The notes below the pieces were generated by a model, which searched no databases, was not told where the DNA came from, and saw only the letters and a list, made by a program, of their open reading frames with translations. Below are positions 12,301-25,945 of a stretch of 64,000 bases of DNA, piece after piece. The position numbers and the translations under genes are program-made. Numbering within the stretch: position 1 is the stretch's first letter; each line of letters begins with the position of its first letter. Source of the DNA: Octopus sinensis (Eukaryota); contig NW_021833445.1 of assembly GCF_006345805.1 (NCBI RefSeq), positions 1-64,000 of the forward strand, read 5' to 3'.

Positions 12301-15300
12301 GGTCAGTCCTGATCCAGACTGACCTATGATCAAAGATGTTCCAGCTGTGACCATCCTGTCTTTCATTCAGGCATAGTGTATCTAGGACTACATTATCTAA
12401 TGTGTCCTTCCTTGTTGTTTAGCCCCAGGTCAGTCCTGATCCAGACTGACCTATGATCAAAGATGTTCCAGCTGTGACCATCCTGTCTTTCATTCAGGCA
12501 TAGTGTATCTAGGACTACATTATCTAATGTGTCCTTCCTTGTTGTTTAGCCCCAGGTCAGTCCTGATCCAGCAAACCTATGATCAAAGATGTTCCAGCTG
12601 TGACCATCCTGTCTTTCATTCAGGCATAATGTATCTAGGACTACATTATCTAATGTGTCCTTCCTTGTTGTGTAGCCACAGGTCAGTCCTGATCCAGCAG
12701 ACCTATGATCAAAGATGTTCCAGCTGTGACCATCCTGTCTTTCATTCAGGCATAGTGTATCTAGGACTACATTATCTAATGTGTCTTCTTGTTGTTAGCC
12801 CCAGGTCAGTCTGATCCAGCAGACCTATGATCAAAGATGTTCCAGCTGTGACCATCTGTCTTTCATTCAGGCATAATGTATCTAGGACTACATTATCTAA
12901 TGTGTCCTTCCTTGTTGTGTAGCCACAGGTCAGTCCTGATCCAGCAGACCTATGATCAAAGATGTTCCAGCTGGACCATCCTGTCTTTCATTCAGCATAG
13001 TGTATCTAGGACTACATTATCTAATGTGTCCTTCTTGTTGTTAGCCCCAGGTCAGTCCATCCAGCAGACCTATGATCAAAGATGTTCCAGCTGTGACCAT
13101 CCTGTCTTTCATTCAGGCATAATGTATCTAGGACACATTATCTAATGTGTCCTTCCTTGTTGTGTAGCCCCAGGTCAGTCCTGATCCAGCAGACCTATGA
13201 TCAAAGATGTTCCAGCTGTGACCATCCTGTCTTTCATTCAGGCATAATGTATCTAGGACTACATTATCTAATGTGTCCTTCCTTGTTGTGTAGCCCCAGG
13301 TCAGTCCTGATCCAGCAGACCTATGATCAAAGATGTTCAGCTGTGACCATCCTGTCTTCATTCAGGCATAATGTATCTAGGACTACATTATCTAATGGTC
13401 CTTCTTGTTGTTTAGCCCCAGGTCAGTCCTGATCCAGCAGACCTATGATCAAAGATGTTCCAGCTGTGACCATCCTGTCTTTCATTCAGGCATAATGTAT
13501 CTAGGACTAATATCTAATGTGTCCTTCCTTGTTGTGTAGCCCCAGGTCAGTCCTGATCCAGCAGACCTATGATCAAAGATGTTCCAGCTGTGACCATCCT
13601 GTCTTTCATTCAGGCATAATGTATCTAGGACTACATTATCTAATGTGTCCTTCCTTGTTTGGTAGCCCCAGGTCAGTCCTGATCCAGCAGACCTATGATC
13701 AAAGATGTTCCAGCTGTGACCATCCTGTCTTTCATTCAGGCATAATGTATCTAGGACTACATTATCTAATGTGTCCTTCTTGTTGTTTAGCCCCAGGTCA
13801 GTCCTGATCCAGCAGACCTATGATCAAAGATGTTCCAGCTGTGACCATCCTGTCTTTCATTCAGGCATAATGTATCTAGGACTACATTATCTAATGTGTC
13901 CTTCCTTGTTGTGTAGCCCCAGGTCAGTCCTGATCCAGCAGACTATGATCAAAGATGTTCCAGCTGTGACCATCCTGTCTTTCATTCAGGCAATGTATCT
14001 AGGACTACATTATCTAATGTGTCCTTCCTTGTTGTGTAGCCCCAGGTCAGTCCTGATCCAGCAGACCTATGATCAAAGATGTTCCAGCTGTGACCATCCT
14101 GTCTTTCATTCAGGCATAATGTATCTAGGACTACATATCTAATGTTGTTCTTGTTGTTTTTTAGCCCCAGGTCAGTCCTGATCCAGCAGACCTATGATCA
14201 AAGATGTTCCAGCTGTGACCATCCTGTCTTTCATTCAGGCATATGTATCTAGGACTACATTATCTAATGTGTCCTCCTTGTTGTGTAGCCCCAGGTCAGT
14301 CCTGATCCAGCAGACCTATGATCAAAGATGTTCAGCTGTGACCATCCTGTCTTTCATTCAGGCATAATGTATCTAGGACTACATTATCTAATGTGTCCTT
14401 CTTGTTGTTTAGCCCCAGGTCAGTCTGATCCAGCAGACCTATGATCAAAGATGTTCCAGCTGTGACCATCCTGTCTTTCATTCAGGCATAATGTATCTAG
14501 GACTACATTATCTAATGTGTCCTTCCTTGTTGTGTAGCCCCAGGTCAGTCCTGATCCAGCAGACCTATGATCAAAGATGTTCCAGCTGTGACCATCCTGT
14601 CTTTCATTCAGGCATAATGTATCTAGGACTACATTATCTAATGTTCCTTCCTTGTTGTGTAGCCCCAGGTCAGTCCTGATCAGCAGACTATGATCAAAGA
14701 TGTTCCAGCTGTGACCATCCTGTCTTCTATTCAGACACAATGTATCTAGGACTACATTATCTAATGTGTCCTTCTTGTTGTTTAGCCCCAGGTCAGTCCT
14801 GATCCAGCAGACCTATGATCAAAGATGTTCCAGCTGTGACCATCCTGTCTTTCATTCAGACACAATGTATCTAGGACTACATTATCTAATGTGTCCCTCC
14901 TTGTTTTTGTTTAGCCTTAGGCCAGTCATGATCCAGCAGACCTATGATCAAGATTGTTCCAGATGTGACCATCCTGTCCTTTATTCAGGCATAGTGTATC
15001 TAGGACTACATTATCTAATGTGTCCTTCCTTGTTGTGTAGCCCCAGGTCAGTCCTGATCCAGCAGACCTATGATCAAAGATGTTCCAGCTGTGACCATCC
15101 TGTCTTTCATTCAGGCATAATGTATCTAGGACTACATTATCTAATGTGTCCTTCTTGTTGTTTAGCCCCAGGTCAGTCCTGATCCAGCAGACCTATGATC
15201 AAAGATGTTCCAGCTGTGACCATCCTGTCTTTCATTCAGGCATAATGTATCTAGGACTACATTATCTAATGTGTCCTTCCTTGTTGTGTAGCCCCAGGTC

Positions 15301-17105
15301 AGTCCTGATCCAGCAGACCTATGATCAAAGATGTTCCAGCTGTGACCATCCTGTCTTTCATTCAGGCATAATGTATCTAGGACTACATTATCTAATGTGT
15401 CCTTCCTTGTTGTGTAGCCCCAGGTCAGTCCTGATCCAGCAGACCTATGATCAAAGATGTTCCAGCGTGACCATCCTGTCTTTCATTCAGGCATAATGTA
15501 TCTAGGACTACATTATCTAATGTGTCCTTCTTGTTGTTTAGCCCCAGGTCAGTCCTGATCCAGCAGACCTATGATCAAAGATGTTCCAGCTGTGACCATC
15601 CTGTCTTTCATTCAGGCATAATGTATCTAGGACTACATTATCTAATGTGTCCTTCCTTGTTGTGTAGCCCCAGGTCAGTCCTGATCCAGCAGACCTATGA
15701 TCAAAGATGTTCCAGCTGTGACCATCCTGTCTTTCATTCAGGCATAATGTATCTAGGACTACATTATCTAATGTGTCCTTCTTGTTGTTTAGCCCCAGGT
15801 CAGTCCTGATCCAGCAGACCTATGATCAAAGATGTTCCAGCTGTGACCATCCTGTCTTTCATTCAGGCATAATGTATCTAGGACTACATTATCTAATGTG
15901 TCCTTCTTGTTGTTTAGCCCCAGGTCAGTCCTGATCCAGCAGACCTATGATCAAAGATGTTCCAGCTGTGACCATCCTGTCTTTCATCAGGCATAATGTA
16001 TCTAGGACTACATTATCTAATGTGTCCTTCCTTGTGTTTAGCCACAGGTCAGTCCTGATCCAGCAGACCTATGATCAAAGATGTTCCAGCTGTGACCATC
16101 CTGTCTTTCATTCAGGCATAGTGTATCTAGGACTACATTATCTAATGTGTCCTTCCTTGTTGTGTAGCCACAGGTCAGTCCTGATCCAGCAGACCTATGA
16201 TCAAAGATGTTCCAGCTGTGACCATCCTGTCTTTCATTCAGGCATAGTGTATCTAGGACTACATTATCTAATGTGTCCTTCTTGTTGTTTAGCCCCAGGT
16301 CAGTCCTGATCCAGCAGACCTATGATCAAAGATGTTCCAGCTGTGACCATCCTGTCTTTCATTCAGACATAGTGTATCTAGGACTACATTATCTAATGTG
16401 TCCTTCCTTGTTGTTTAGCCCCAGGTCAGTCCTGATCCAGCAGACCTATGATCAAAGATGTTCCAGCTGTGACCATCCTGTCTTTCATTCAGGCATAGTG
16501 TATCTAGGACTACATTATCTAATGTGTCCTTCCTTGTTGTTTAGCCACAGGTCAGTCCTGATCCAGCAGACCTATGATCAAAGATGTTCCAGCTGTGACC
16601 ATCCTGTCTTTCATTCAGGCATAATGTATCTAGGACTACATTATCTAATGTGTCCTTCCTTGTTGTGTAGCCACAGGTCAGTCCTGATCCAGCAGACCTA
16701 TGATCAAAGATGTTCCAGCTGTGACCATCCTGTCTTTCATTCAGGCATAATGTATCTAGGACTACATTATCTAATGTGTCCTTCCTTGTTGTGTAGCCAC
16801 AGGTCAGTCCTGATCCAGACAGACCTATGATCAAAGATGTTCCAGCTGTGACCATCCTGTCTTTCATTCAGGCATAATGTATCTAGGACTACATTATCTA
16901 ATGTGTCCTTCCTTGTTGTTTAGCCCCAGGTCAGTCCTGATCTAGACAGACCTATGATTAAAGCTGTTCCAACTGTGAACATCCTGTCTTATATTCAGGC
17001 ATAGTGTATCTAGGACTACATTATCTAATGTGTCCTTCCTTGTTGTTTAGCCTAAGGTCAGTATGTTCAAATGCGTTCCAGCTACGACCATCCTGTCTTT
17101 TATTT
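9360..17105 (+). repeat. Tandem satellite, 125-126-bp monomer, roughly 60 copies
   Basis: Monomer GTCAGTCCTGATCCAGCAGACCTATGATCAAAGATGTTCCAGCTGTGACCATCCTGTCTTTCATTCAGGCATAATGTATCTAGGACTACATTATCTAATGTGTCCTTCCTTGTTGTGTAGCCCCAG; 42-codon periodicity in the ORF track; diverged edge copies, plus diverged monomers at ~8905-9245. Confidence 0.97.
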
Positions 17106-17111
17106 AGATAT

Positions 17112-17500
17112 ACTCTTTACTCTTTTACTTGTTTCAGTCATTTGACTGCAGCCATGCTGGAGCACCGCCTTTAATCGAGCAACTCGACCCCGAAACTTAT
17201 TCTTTTGTAAGCCCAGTACTTATTCTATTGGTCTCTTTTGCCGAACTGCTAAGTGACGGGGGACATAAACACACCAGCATCGGTTGTCAAGGATAAACAC
17301 AGACACACACACACACATATATATATATATACATATATACGGCAGGCTTCTTTCAGTTTCCGTCTACCAAATCCACTCACAAGGCATTGGTCGGCCCGAG
17401 GCTATAGCAGAAGACACTTGCCCAAGGTGCCACGCAGTGGGACTGAACCTGGAACCATGTGGTTGGTAAACAAGCTACTTACCACACAGCCACTCCTGCG
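17112..17500 (-). mobile_element. Family A SINE bounding the large satellite
   Basis: Reverse-complement full copy. Confidence 0.9.
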
Positions 17501-18115
17501 ATGTTTACAGATATAAAAATTTAATAGCCACCCGTTTTCATTATCTCAACTCTATAGCCTTCACACAGACTATCACAAAGGTCACCACTCACACCCTACC
17601 TAAACCCCCCTTCTCCGTCCCTCCCACTTCAACTACTATCACTAGTCTCATTATTAACACTAACCTTGACCTTTATTTTCTCCTCCCACTACTCTCTATC
17701 TAAATACCTCCAACTCCCCTTCTCATCATACTTAACTCTCCACAAAAATCCTTTCATCTTTAAACTCCATCCTGTAATGCCGCAAATGAAAAATTCTCCC
17801 CTGAAGACAGAGGCGCGGTGTTATCCAATAATGGATCCGAGTAACCATCGTTATTTGGGACCACCAAGCCCCCAGAAACAGCTGTCAGACTCGTGAAACC
17901 CTAGCCATTTAACTCCTGATATCGTTTACATTCTGTAAGCCAGACTATTTGATATCCATACACAGGTACATTTTCTTCAATTAAAGGTATTTTAATATTC
18001 TGTTTAAATCGAATTCCCTAACTTGCTTCCTATTACATTTACTCATCTACCAGCTCAAGTTCAAATCTCTTGAGTGCTTTGAAGTGTATTCTATATAGAG
18101 AACTGTCTCTAACCT

Positions 18116-18156
<41 letters not shown>

Positions 18157-18230
18157 AAATATTAGGGAATAAATCCAAATTACAGGGAAAAAATCAGATT
18201 TAGGATTGAATCCCATTTTATAGTAAAATA

Positions 18231-18415
18231 TAATATAATATTAATAGAGACAAAACCACTATTATGCAAATCAAACAAGAAAGACTTAATCCAATACATA
18301 AAAAAATTTTATATAAATTAATATATTTATTTATATTAAAATTTTTTATGTATTGGATAAGTCTTTCTTTGTTTGATTTGCATAATAGTGGTTTTGTCTC
18401 TAATAATATTATATA
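18231..18415. repeat. ~80-bp-arm inverted repeat
   Basis: 18231-18312 vs 18336-18415. Confidence 0.88.
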
Positions 18416-18616
18416 TATATATATATATATATAATATATCTATATATATACAATTGAGATAGGGGTTGTAAATGCAACCCTCCATGGGATAACATATATC
18501 CAAATACTGTAGTGAAAGTACCAACAAAGTTAATACATAAATATTAAGGATTGCGATGCAATCAATTCATTTACTGTATTAATGGGCAAAGGTAAAATGA
18601 TTTACCACAAATTACT

Positions 18617-19006
18617 AATACAAGATAAGGAAAATGGAGAAATACATCTAAATCAAATATCAATTACCAGGTAATACTCAATCCATAATTTATTAAACCA
18701 CCACATAAGAAAATTTAAGGTCAACATAATAATATATGAGAAAACAGTGTACATGAAGGAGTAATATGATACAATAAGTACAATATGTATAAGAGAATAT
18801 AAATATAAATAAATATAAATATATATTTCTCTTTACATATTGTACTTATTGTATCATATTACTCCTTCATGTACACTGTTTTGTCCTATATTATTATGTT
18901 TGACCTTAAATTTTCTTATGTGGTGGTTTAATAACTTATGTGATTGAGTATTATCTGGTAATTGATATTTGATTTAGATGTATTTCTCCATTTTCTTACT
19001 TGTATA

Positions 19007-19010
<4 letters not shown>
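18617..19010. repeat. ~190-bp-arm inverted repeat
   Basis: 18617-18800 vs 18822-19010, few mismatches. Confidence 0.88.
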
Positions 19011-19047
<37 letters not shown>

Positions 19048-19060
19048 ATTATATATATAT

Positions 19061-19463
19061 AGGCGCAGGAGTGGCTGTGTGGTAAGTAGCTTGCTAACCA
19101 ACCACATGGTTCCGGTTCAGTCCCACTGCGTGGCATCTTGGGCGAGTGTCTTCTGCTATAGCCTTGGTCTGACCAAAGCCTTGTGAGTGGATTTGGTAGA
19201 CGGAAACTGAAAGAAGCCTGTCATATATATGTATATATATATAAGTGTGTGTGTCTGTGTTTGTCCCCCTAGCATTGCTTGACAACTGACGGTGGTGTGT
19301 TTACGTCCCCGTCACTTAGCGGTTCGGCAAAAGAGACCGATAGAATAAGTACTGGGCTTACAAAGAATAAGTCCTGGGGTCGATTTGCTCGATTAAAGGC
19401 GGTGCTCCAGCATGGCCGCAGTCAAATGACTGAAACAAGTAAAAGAGTAAAAGAGTAAAAGAG
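19061..19463 (+). mobile_element. Family A SINE
   Basis: Full copy. Confidence 0.9.
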
Positions 19464-19478
19464 AGTATATATATATAT

Positions 19479-19748
19479 GTGGAGGCGCAATGGCCCAGTG
19501 GTTAGGGGAGTGGACTCGCGGTCGCAGGATCGTTGTGAGTGTTTATTGAGCGAAAACACCTAAAAGCTCCATGAGGCTCCGGCAGGGGGTGGTGATCACC
19601 ACTCTTTCTCTCACTCTTTCTTCTGTTGGCCTGCTCGCTTAGCCAGCAGGGTGGCGTCATTCGAAGGCTAAAACAATGCGAAGCGCATTGTGACCAGCGA
19701 TGTGTAACTACATCTGATGGTCTGGTCGGTCATGTGATAGACATGATA
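19479..19748 (+). mobile_element. Family B-prime SINE (family B head, alternative tail Y)
   Basis: Same head, then CTGTTGGCCTGCTCGCTTAGCCAGC...GATGGTCTGGTC; second copy at 30656-30935. Confidence 0.85.
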
Positions 19749-19784
19749 GATATATGTATATAATATATATATATATATTATATA

Positions 19785-19830
<46 letters not shown>

Positions 19831-19898
19831 TATATTACATATATATATGTATATATATATATGTATATATATGTATGTATATATATGTATATATATAG

Positions 19899-19930
<32 letters not shown>

Positions 19931-20080
19931 ATATATATATACAATAGAACCTCAGTTTTCAAACAACTCCGATCATGAATAAATCGTACTTTATCTCCTT
20001 ACTCATATTTATTTAATACAGTAGTACCTCAGTTTACAAATGCTTCTGATCATGAATAAATCATACCTTATATATAACAC

Positions 20081-20118
<38 letters not shown>

Positions 20119-20119
<1 letters not shown>

Positions 20120-20696
20120 CACTACAAATTCGGCGCCTGCTAACTGGTATGAACATCATCCTCAGCCAGTTGTTGAAGGTAAAAATGTCACCATCCTCTG
20201 GGATTTTCCAGTCAACACTGACAGAACGATCAAGGCTAATCGACCAGACATAATTGTTAAAGACAGGGAAGAAAATACCTGCAGACTAATAGAGGTAAGC
20301 GTCCCCACTGATAAAAATGTATCTGTAAAGGAATTTGACAAACTTAGTAAATATAAGGACCTGGAAATCGAAATACAAAAGATGTGGTATCTTAAAACAA
20401 AAACTGTTCCTGTTATTGTAGGTGCCCTAGGTATGTTAAAAAAGGGATGTCAGAAACACCTAGACAATATCCCTGGAGAACCATGTCTCAAGGAAATCCA
20501 AAAGATTGTGCTAACAAGTACTGCCCACATCCTTAGAAAAACCCTATCAATGTAAATGTTTGTGTTTGCATTACATGGAGATATTTCCCCAAGCTTTCAG
20601 CTATATTTCAACAACTCTTAACCTTCACTTGCCCTAGGGCGCTGGGTGTGCCCCGGCAGGTGATTGCATCAAACATGCAGATTAAAAGTAAATGAC
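20119..20696 (+). mobile_element. 5'-truncated R4/Dong-type non-LTR retrotransposon (restriction-like endonuclease C-terminus + 3' UTR)
   Basis: [22 protein letters not shown]...LIEVSVP...KYKDL...IQKIVLTSTAHILRKTL: PD-(D/E)xK RLE signature; (TAA)n on both flanks. Confidence 0.88.
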
Positions 20697-20726
<30 letters not shown>

Positions 20727-20727
<1 letters not shown>

Positions 20728-21308
20728 TTAGGGAGTATAACTCCAAACTTACAGGGAATGGAACTTCACCATTCAAACTGACAGAAAGATAGATGCGAAT
20801 AGGCCAGACATCATATTGAAAGACTTCAGACAAAGAACATGCCTCCTCATTGATATGACTGTCCCAATCGATATAAACATATCTGTGAAGACTTACCAAA
20901 AACTGAGCAAATATAAAGATCTTGAAATAGAAATTAGCAAAATGTGGAACCTGAAGACTAAAACAATACCTGTTGTCATAGGTGCCCTGGGAATGATAGC
21001 AAAAGGGGATGATTGCTACCTAACTCAGATACCAGGAAACCCCAAAATGACAGAAATTCAAAAGATAGTGCTCATGGGAACTGCTCATATCCTACACAAA
21101 ATACTGTCTATGTAATTTCAAGTTTTAAAACAAACATAATTTTCGTATGGTTTTTTTAGACATTCACTAGTACAACACTAAGTACAAAACCAAATATATG
21201 GAACCCTAGGCATAACACAAACAGGAACTTCCAACCTGTTGTCTCTTGGGGTCTCTGGGTGAGACTTGGAGCCAGCTTGTGCAAATGTAAAGCAAAAGTC
21301 AAGCATAA

Positions 21309-21310
<2 letters not shown>
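20727..21310 (+). mobile_element. 5'-truncated R4/Dong-type RLE element, second subfamily
   Basis: [36 protein letters not shown]...[19 protein letters not shown]; preceded by (TAA)n, followed by (TAC)n. Confidence 0.88.
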
Positions 21311-21346
<36 letters not shown>

Positions 21347-21383
21347 CACTATTACTACTACTACAACTACCACCACCACCACC

Positions 21384-21416
<33 letters not shown>

Positions 21417-21545
21417 GCTACTACCACCACCACCACCACCACCACCACCACTACCACTAGCAACACCACCACCACCACCACCACCACTACCACCACCACC
21501 ACCACTACTACTACCACTACTACTACTACTACTACTACTTATAAT
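21310..21545. repeat. (TAC)n/(CAC)n microsatellite
   Basis: Direct reading. Confidence 0.95.
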
Positions 21546-21938
21546 AATGATAATAATAGTAAGAGACAAATTTTTATCTTATGCATAAATTTAAGGAAAA
21601 TAATAAACGTTCCTGTAATTCCTTTTAGTTGCTTAATATCGTTGTGTGGTTGTTGTTGTTGTAGGGGGGGGGAAACAATTGAGGATAGGGTTACACGAAC
21701 AATCCCCCCCCTCCGACTTTGTCCAGATGAAATCAGCATTTCTGGGGATGTAACAGTAATCTGGTTTACGCAACTGAATTAAATATTTAATTAAAATACC
21801 AATCTCATCATCATCATCATCGTTATTGTTTATTTGGAGGCGCAATGGCCCAGTGGTTAGGGCAGCGGACTCGCGGTCGTAGGATCGCGGTTTCAATTCC
21901 CAGACCGGGCGTTCTGAGTGTTTATTGAGCGAAAACAC

Positions 21939-21971
<33 letters not shown>

Positions 21972-22121
21972 TCTTCCTCTCTCTCTCTCTTTCTCTCTCT
22001 CTCTTTCTCTCTCTCTTTCACTCTCCTCTCTTCTTCTTCTCTCTCTTTCTCTCTCTCTTCCTCTCTCTCTCTCTTTCTCTCTCTCTCTTTCTCTCTCTCT
22101 TTCACTCTCTCTTTCACTCTC

Positions 22122-22176
<55 letters not shown>

Positions 22177-22182
22177 GTGTGT

Positions 22183-22569
22183 GTGAAGGCGCAATGGCCC
22201 GGTGGTTAGGGCAGCAGACTCGCGGTCGTAGGATCGCGGTTTCGATTCCCAGACCGGGCGTTGTCAGTGTTTATTGAGCGAAAAACACCTAAAAGCTCCA
22301 CGAGGCTCTGGCAGGGGATGGTGGTGATCCCTGCTGTACTCTTTCACCACAACTTTCTCTCACTCTTCCTTCCTGTTTCTGTTGTACCTGTATTTCAAAG
22401 GGCCGGCCTTGTCACTCTCTGTGTCACGCTGAATATCCCCGAGAACTACGTTAAGGGTACACGTGTCTGTGGAGTGCTCAGCCACTTACACGTTAATTTC
22501 ACGAGCAGGCTGTTCCGTTGATTCGGATCAACCGGAACCCTCGTCGTCGTAGTCGACGGAGTGCTTCCA
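22183..22569 (+). mobile_element. Family B tRNA-derived SINE (head GGCGCAATGGCCCAGTGG, tail X)
   Basis: A box TGGCCC(A/G)GTGG, B-like GGTTTCGATTCC; tail ...GAGAACTACGTTAAGGGTACACGTG...GACGGAGTGCTTCC; head fragments at 5640-5765(-), 21835-21940. Confidence 0.88.
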
Positions 22570-22840
22570 TATCCATATTGTTTATTTAATGTCTGTCTTC
22601 TGTATATGTACGAGTACCACAGGCGACAGGGGCTGGTCGGGTAGAAAAACTACCCGAGGCTTCTGTGTCTGTTTTGGAGGGGGGGGGGGATTATGGCTGG
22701 ATACCCTTCCTAACACTGACCACTCCACTGAGTGGACTCAGTGCTTTTTATGTGGTACCAGCACAGGCAAGGTCAGTTTTGGCATAGTTTTTACAGCTGG
22801 ATGCCTTTCCAAATGCCAACCACTTCACAGAGTGGACTGT

Positions 22841-23255
22841 TTTTACTCTTTTACTTGTTTCAGTCATTTGACTGTGGCCATGCTGGAGCACCGTCTTGAG
22901 TCGAGCAAATCAACTCCAGGACTTATTCTTTGGAAGCCTAGTACTTATTCTATATCAGTCTCTTTTGCTGAAATGCTAAGTGACGGGGATGTAAACACAC
23001 CAGCATCAGTTATCAAGTGATGTTGGGAGAGACAAACACAGACACACAAACATACACACACATACACACACATATATATATATGTATATATATGCATCAG
23101 GCTTCTTTCAGTTTCTGTGTACCAAATCCACTCACAATGCTTTGGTCAGCCCAAGGCTATAGTAGAAGACACTTGCCCAAGGTGCCACACAGTTGGACAG
23201 AACTAGGAACCATGTAGTTCATAAGCAGGCTATTTACCACAGAGCTACTTCTACA
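22841..23255 (-). mobile_element. Family A SINE, older diverged copy
   Basis: Reverse-complement copy with many substitutions. Confidence 0.82.
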
Positions 23256-23750
23256 CCTATGTCTGTTTTATTAAAATAGCTATCTATGTATCATACAAAA
23301 AGAAGATTGAATCATGCAATGACTTTACTATAATTGGTTGCTTAAGAGACTGATCATGTGAAACAACTGTGGGTCGGTCGTGATGTCTGATCATGTGAAA
23401 CAACTGTGGGTTGGTCGTGATGTCTGATCATTTACCCAGCGGCTTGGTTTTAACCACCACTAAACCTTTTACTTTTTACTGTTTCAATCATTTCTCCATG
23501 TGTGTTGTGTGTGTGTCTGTGTGTCTTTCTCTATGTATGTATGTATGTATGCATGTGTGTATATGTTTGTGTGTTTGCGGGTACGTTTGTATCTATTCCT
23601 GCGTAGGTGTTGTTATTTATTGTAGCAAGCGTTCATGTGTGTGAGTATGAGTGTCTGTAAATGTGTGTGTGCAAGTGTATGTGTATATCTGTGTGTATAT
23701 GTGTTTGTACATGTGTGTTTGTGTGTGTGTGCGTAAAATAAATAGATATT

Positions 23751-24083
23751 AGGCGCAGGAGTGGCTGTGTGGTAAGTAGCTTGTTTACCAACCACATGGT
23801 TCTGGGTTCAGTCCCACTGCGTGGCATCTTGGGCAAGTGTCTTCTACTATAGCCTCGGGCCGACCAAAGCCTTGTGAGTGGATTTGGTAGATGGAAACTG
23901 AAAGAAGCCCGTCGTATTGGCGCAGGAGTGGCTGTGTGGTAAGTAGCTTGTTTACAAACCACATGGTTCTGGGTTCAGTCCCACTGCGTGGCATCTTGGG
24001 CAAGTGTCTTCTACTATAGCCTCGGGCCGACCAAAGCCTTGTGAGTGGATTTGGTAGACGGAAACTGAAAGAAGCCTGTCGTA

Positions 24084-24126
<43 letters not shown>

Positions 24127-24335
24127 ATGCTTTGTGTGTCTGTGATTGTCCCCCTAGCATTGCTTGACAACCGATGCTGGTGTGTTTATGTCCCCGTCAC
24201 TTAGCAGTTTGGCAAAAGAGACTGATAGAATAAGTACTGGGCTTACAAAAGAATAAGTCCCGGGGTCGAGTTGCTCGATTAAAGGCGGTGCTCCAGCATG
24301 GCCACAGTCAAATGACTGAAACAAGTAAAAAAAAA
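23751..24335 (+). mobile_element. Family A SINE with duplicated 5' half (23751-23915 then 23918-24335)
   Basis: Two consecutive GGCGCAGGAG heads, one tail. Confidence 0.88.
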
Positions 24336-24689
24336 AGAGTAAATATCTAAAAAAACAAAAACAGCCTCTAAGGGTACTCACGACCTGTCCTGCAAGAAAT
24401 AACAGTCAAATCTATGCCATCATACTAAACCAGCATGGTATACGTAACACTGTTTCTACCATCCTACATCAATCTCCATCACTACCACTGCTATCACCAC
24501 TGACGTCACCACCACTGAAAGTGCCACCCATGGCCATCACCAACGAAAATGTAATCATCGGTAGTAGTTCATGTTTTCTCACCTATACATCAAGGCCACC
24601 ACAACACTACTTATCAAACCTCAAAGGTCAAGAGATCTAATCAGACCTGAAGCATCAATGGCTGAAGTGGTATGAAGCAGGAGGGAGGA

Positions 24690-25165
24690 GTAGCAGGGGT
24701 GGTGGTGGTGGTGGTGGTGGTGGTGGTGGTGGTGGTGGTGGCAGCGATGAGGGCAATGGTGGGTGTTGTGGCGGCGGCGGCGGTGGTGGTGATATTCAGA
24801 GTGGTGGTGATGGTGGCGGTGGTGATGGTGGTAGTGATAGTGGTTGTTACTGTAGTGGTGATAGTGGTGGTGATGGTGATAGTGGTGGTGGTGGTCATGG
24901 AGGTTGTGGTATCGGTGGTGATTGTAGTGGTAGTTGTTTTGGTTGTGGTGGTGGTGGTAGTGGTGATGGTTGTAGTGGAGGCGGTGGTGGTGGTGGTTGT
25001 GGTGGTGGTAGTGGTGGTGGTGGTGGTAGTGGTGGTGGTGGTAGTGGTGGTGATCATGGAGGTTGTGGTATCGGTGGTGATTGTAGCGGTAGTCGTTGTG
25101 GTTGTGGTGGTGGTGGTGATGGGGTCATGGTAGTAGTGGTTGCAGCGGCGGTGGTGGTGGTGAAC
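24690..25165. repeat. (GGT)n-type degenerate microsatellite
   Basis: Direct reading. Confidence 0.95.
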
Positions 25166-25717
25166 AAAGACTTTGTGTCTCCACTGTTTCTTTATGGCAT
25201 ATTGAAACTGGTTTTGGGAGTCATGTGACATGAACCTAGGTGCAGCGGCGGGGCGTGGGTGGGTGGTGGGTGAGCGAGAATTCCGGGTTTGGAGCAGTCA
25301 TGACCACCACCACGAGCAGCAACAAGGACAACAACAATAACAGCAACACCAACACTATATATCATCATCATCGTCATCATCATCGTTTAACATCTGCTTT
25401 CCATGCTGGCATGGGTTGGACATTAGTGTGAGAGGGGCTGGCCACGTAGAAGACCACGCCAGACGACCGTGTCTGTTTTGGCAGGGTTTTTACGGCTGGG
25501 TGCCCTTCCTAACACCAACCACTCTGCAGAGCGGACTCAGTGTTTTTATGTGGCACCAGCACAGGCAAGGTCAGTTTTGGCAAGGTTTCTACAGCTGGAT
25601 GCCCTTCCAAATGCCAACCACCCCACAGAGTGGATTTGATGCCTTTTGCATGGCACCAGCACAGGTGAGATCAGTTTTGGCAAGGTTTCTACAGCTCATC
25701 ATCATCATCATCATCAT

Positions 25718-25945
25718 TGTTCGACCGTGGTTGAGACAATGGAATTAACCATGCTACGCCAGACTTCACGGTCCATCATGGCATTACGGAGGTCCTGTTG
25801 CTGGATGCCTGTATCCCTGGAGATTACATCAGGGTAGGAGAGTGTGCACCCTCTGGTATTGCGAGTAGATGGCTTCCAGAGGAGAAGAGTAGAAATTACC
25901 TCTTTTTCAGCTCTACAACAATGTCCAGCAAACTGGACTCTCCTA
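25718..25945 (-). mobile_element. RTE-clade LINE 3' fragment with (GAT)n tail
   Basis: Minus translation VQFAGHCCRAEKEVISTLLLWKPSTRNTRGCTLSYPDVISRDTGIQQQDLRNAMMDREVWRSMV: RTE C-terminal AGHxxR / DRxxWR motifs. Confidence 0.8.

Noticed and set aside
9276-16867. Cys/His-rich repeat ORFs ([42 protein letters not shown]) suggesting a zinc-binding repeat protein
   Set aside because: They result from a 126-bp satellite being a multiple of 3. Frequent 125-bp monomers and indels break the frame, and no non-repeat coding exon adjoins.
9360-17105. CRISPR-like array
   Set aside because: No unique spacers, eukaryotic context, no cas genes.
17801-17886. Hammerhead-like CTGAAGA...GAAACAGCTGTC with palindromic helix III
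   Set aside because: No helix I pairing and only patchy helix II; at best a decayed Penelope-type remnant.
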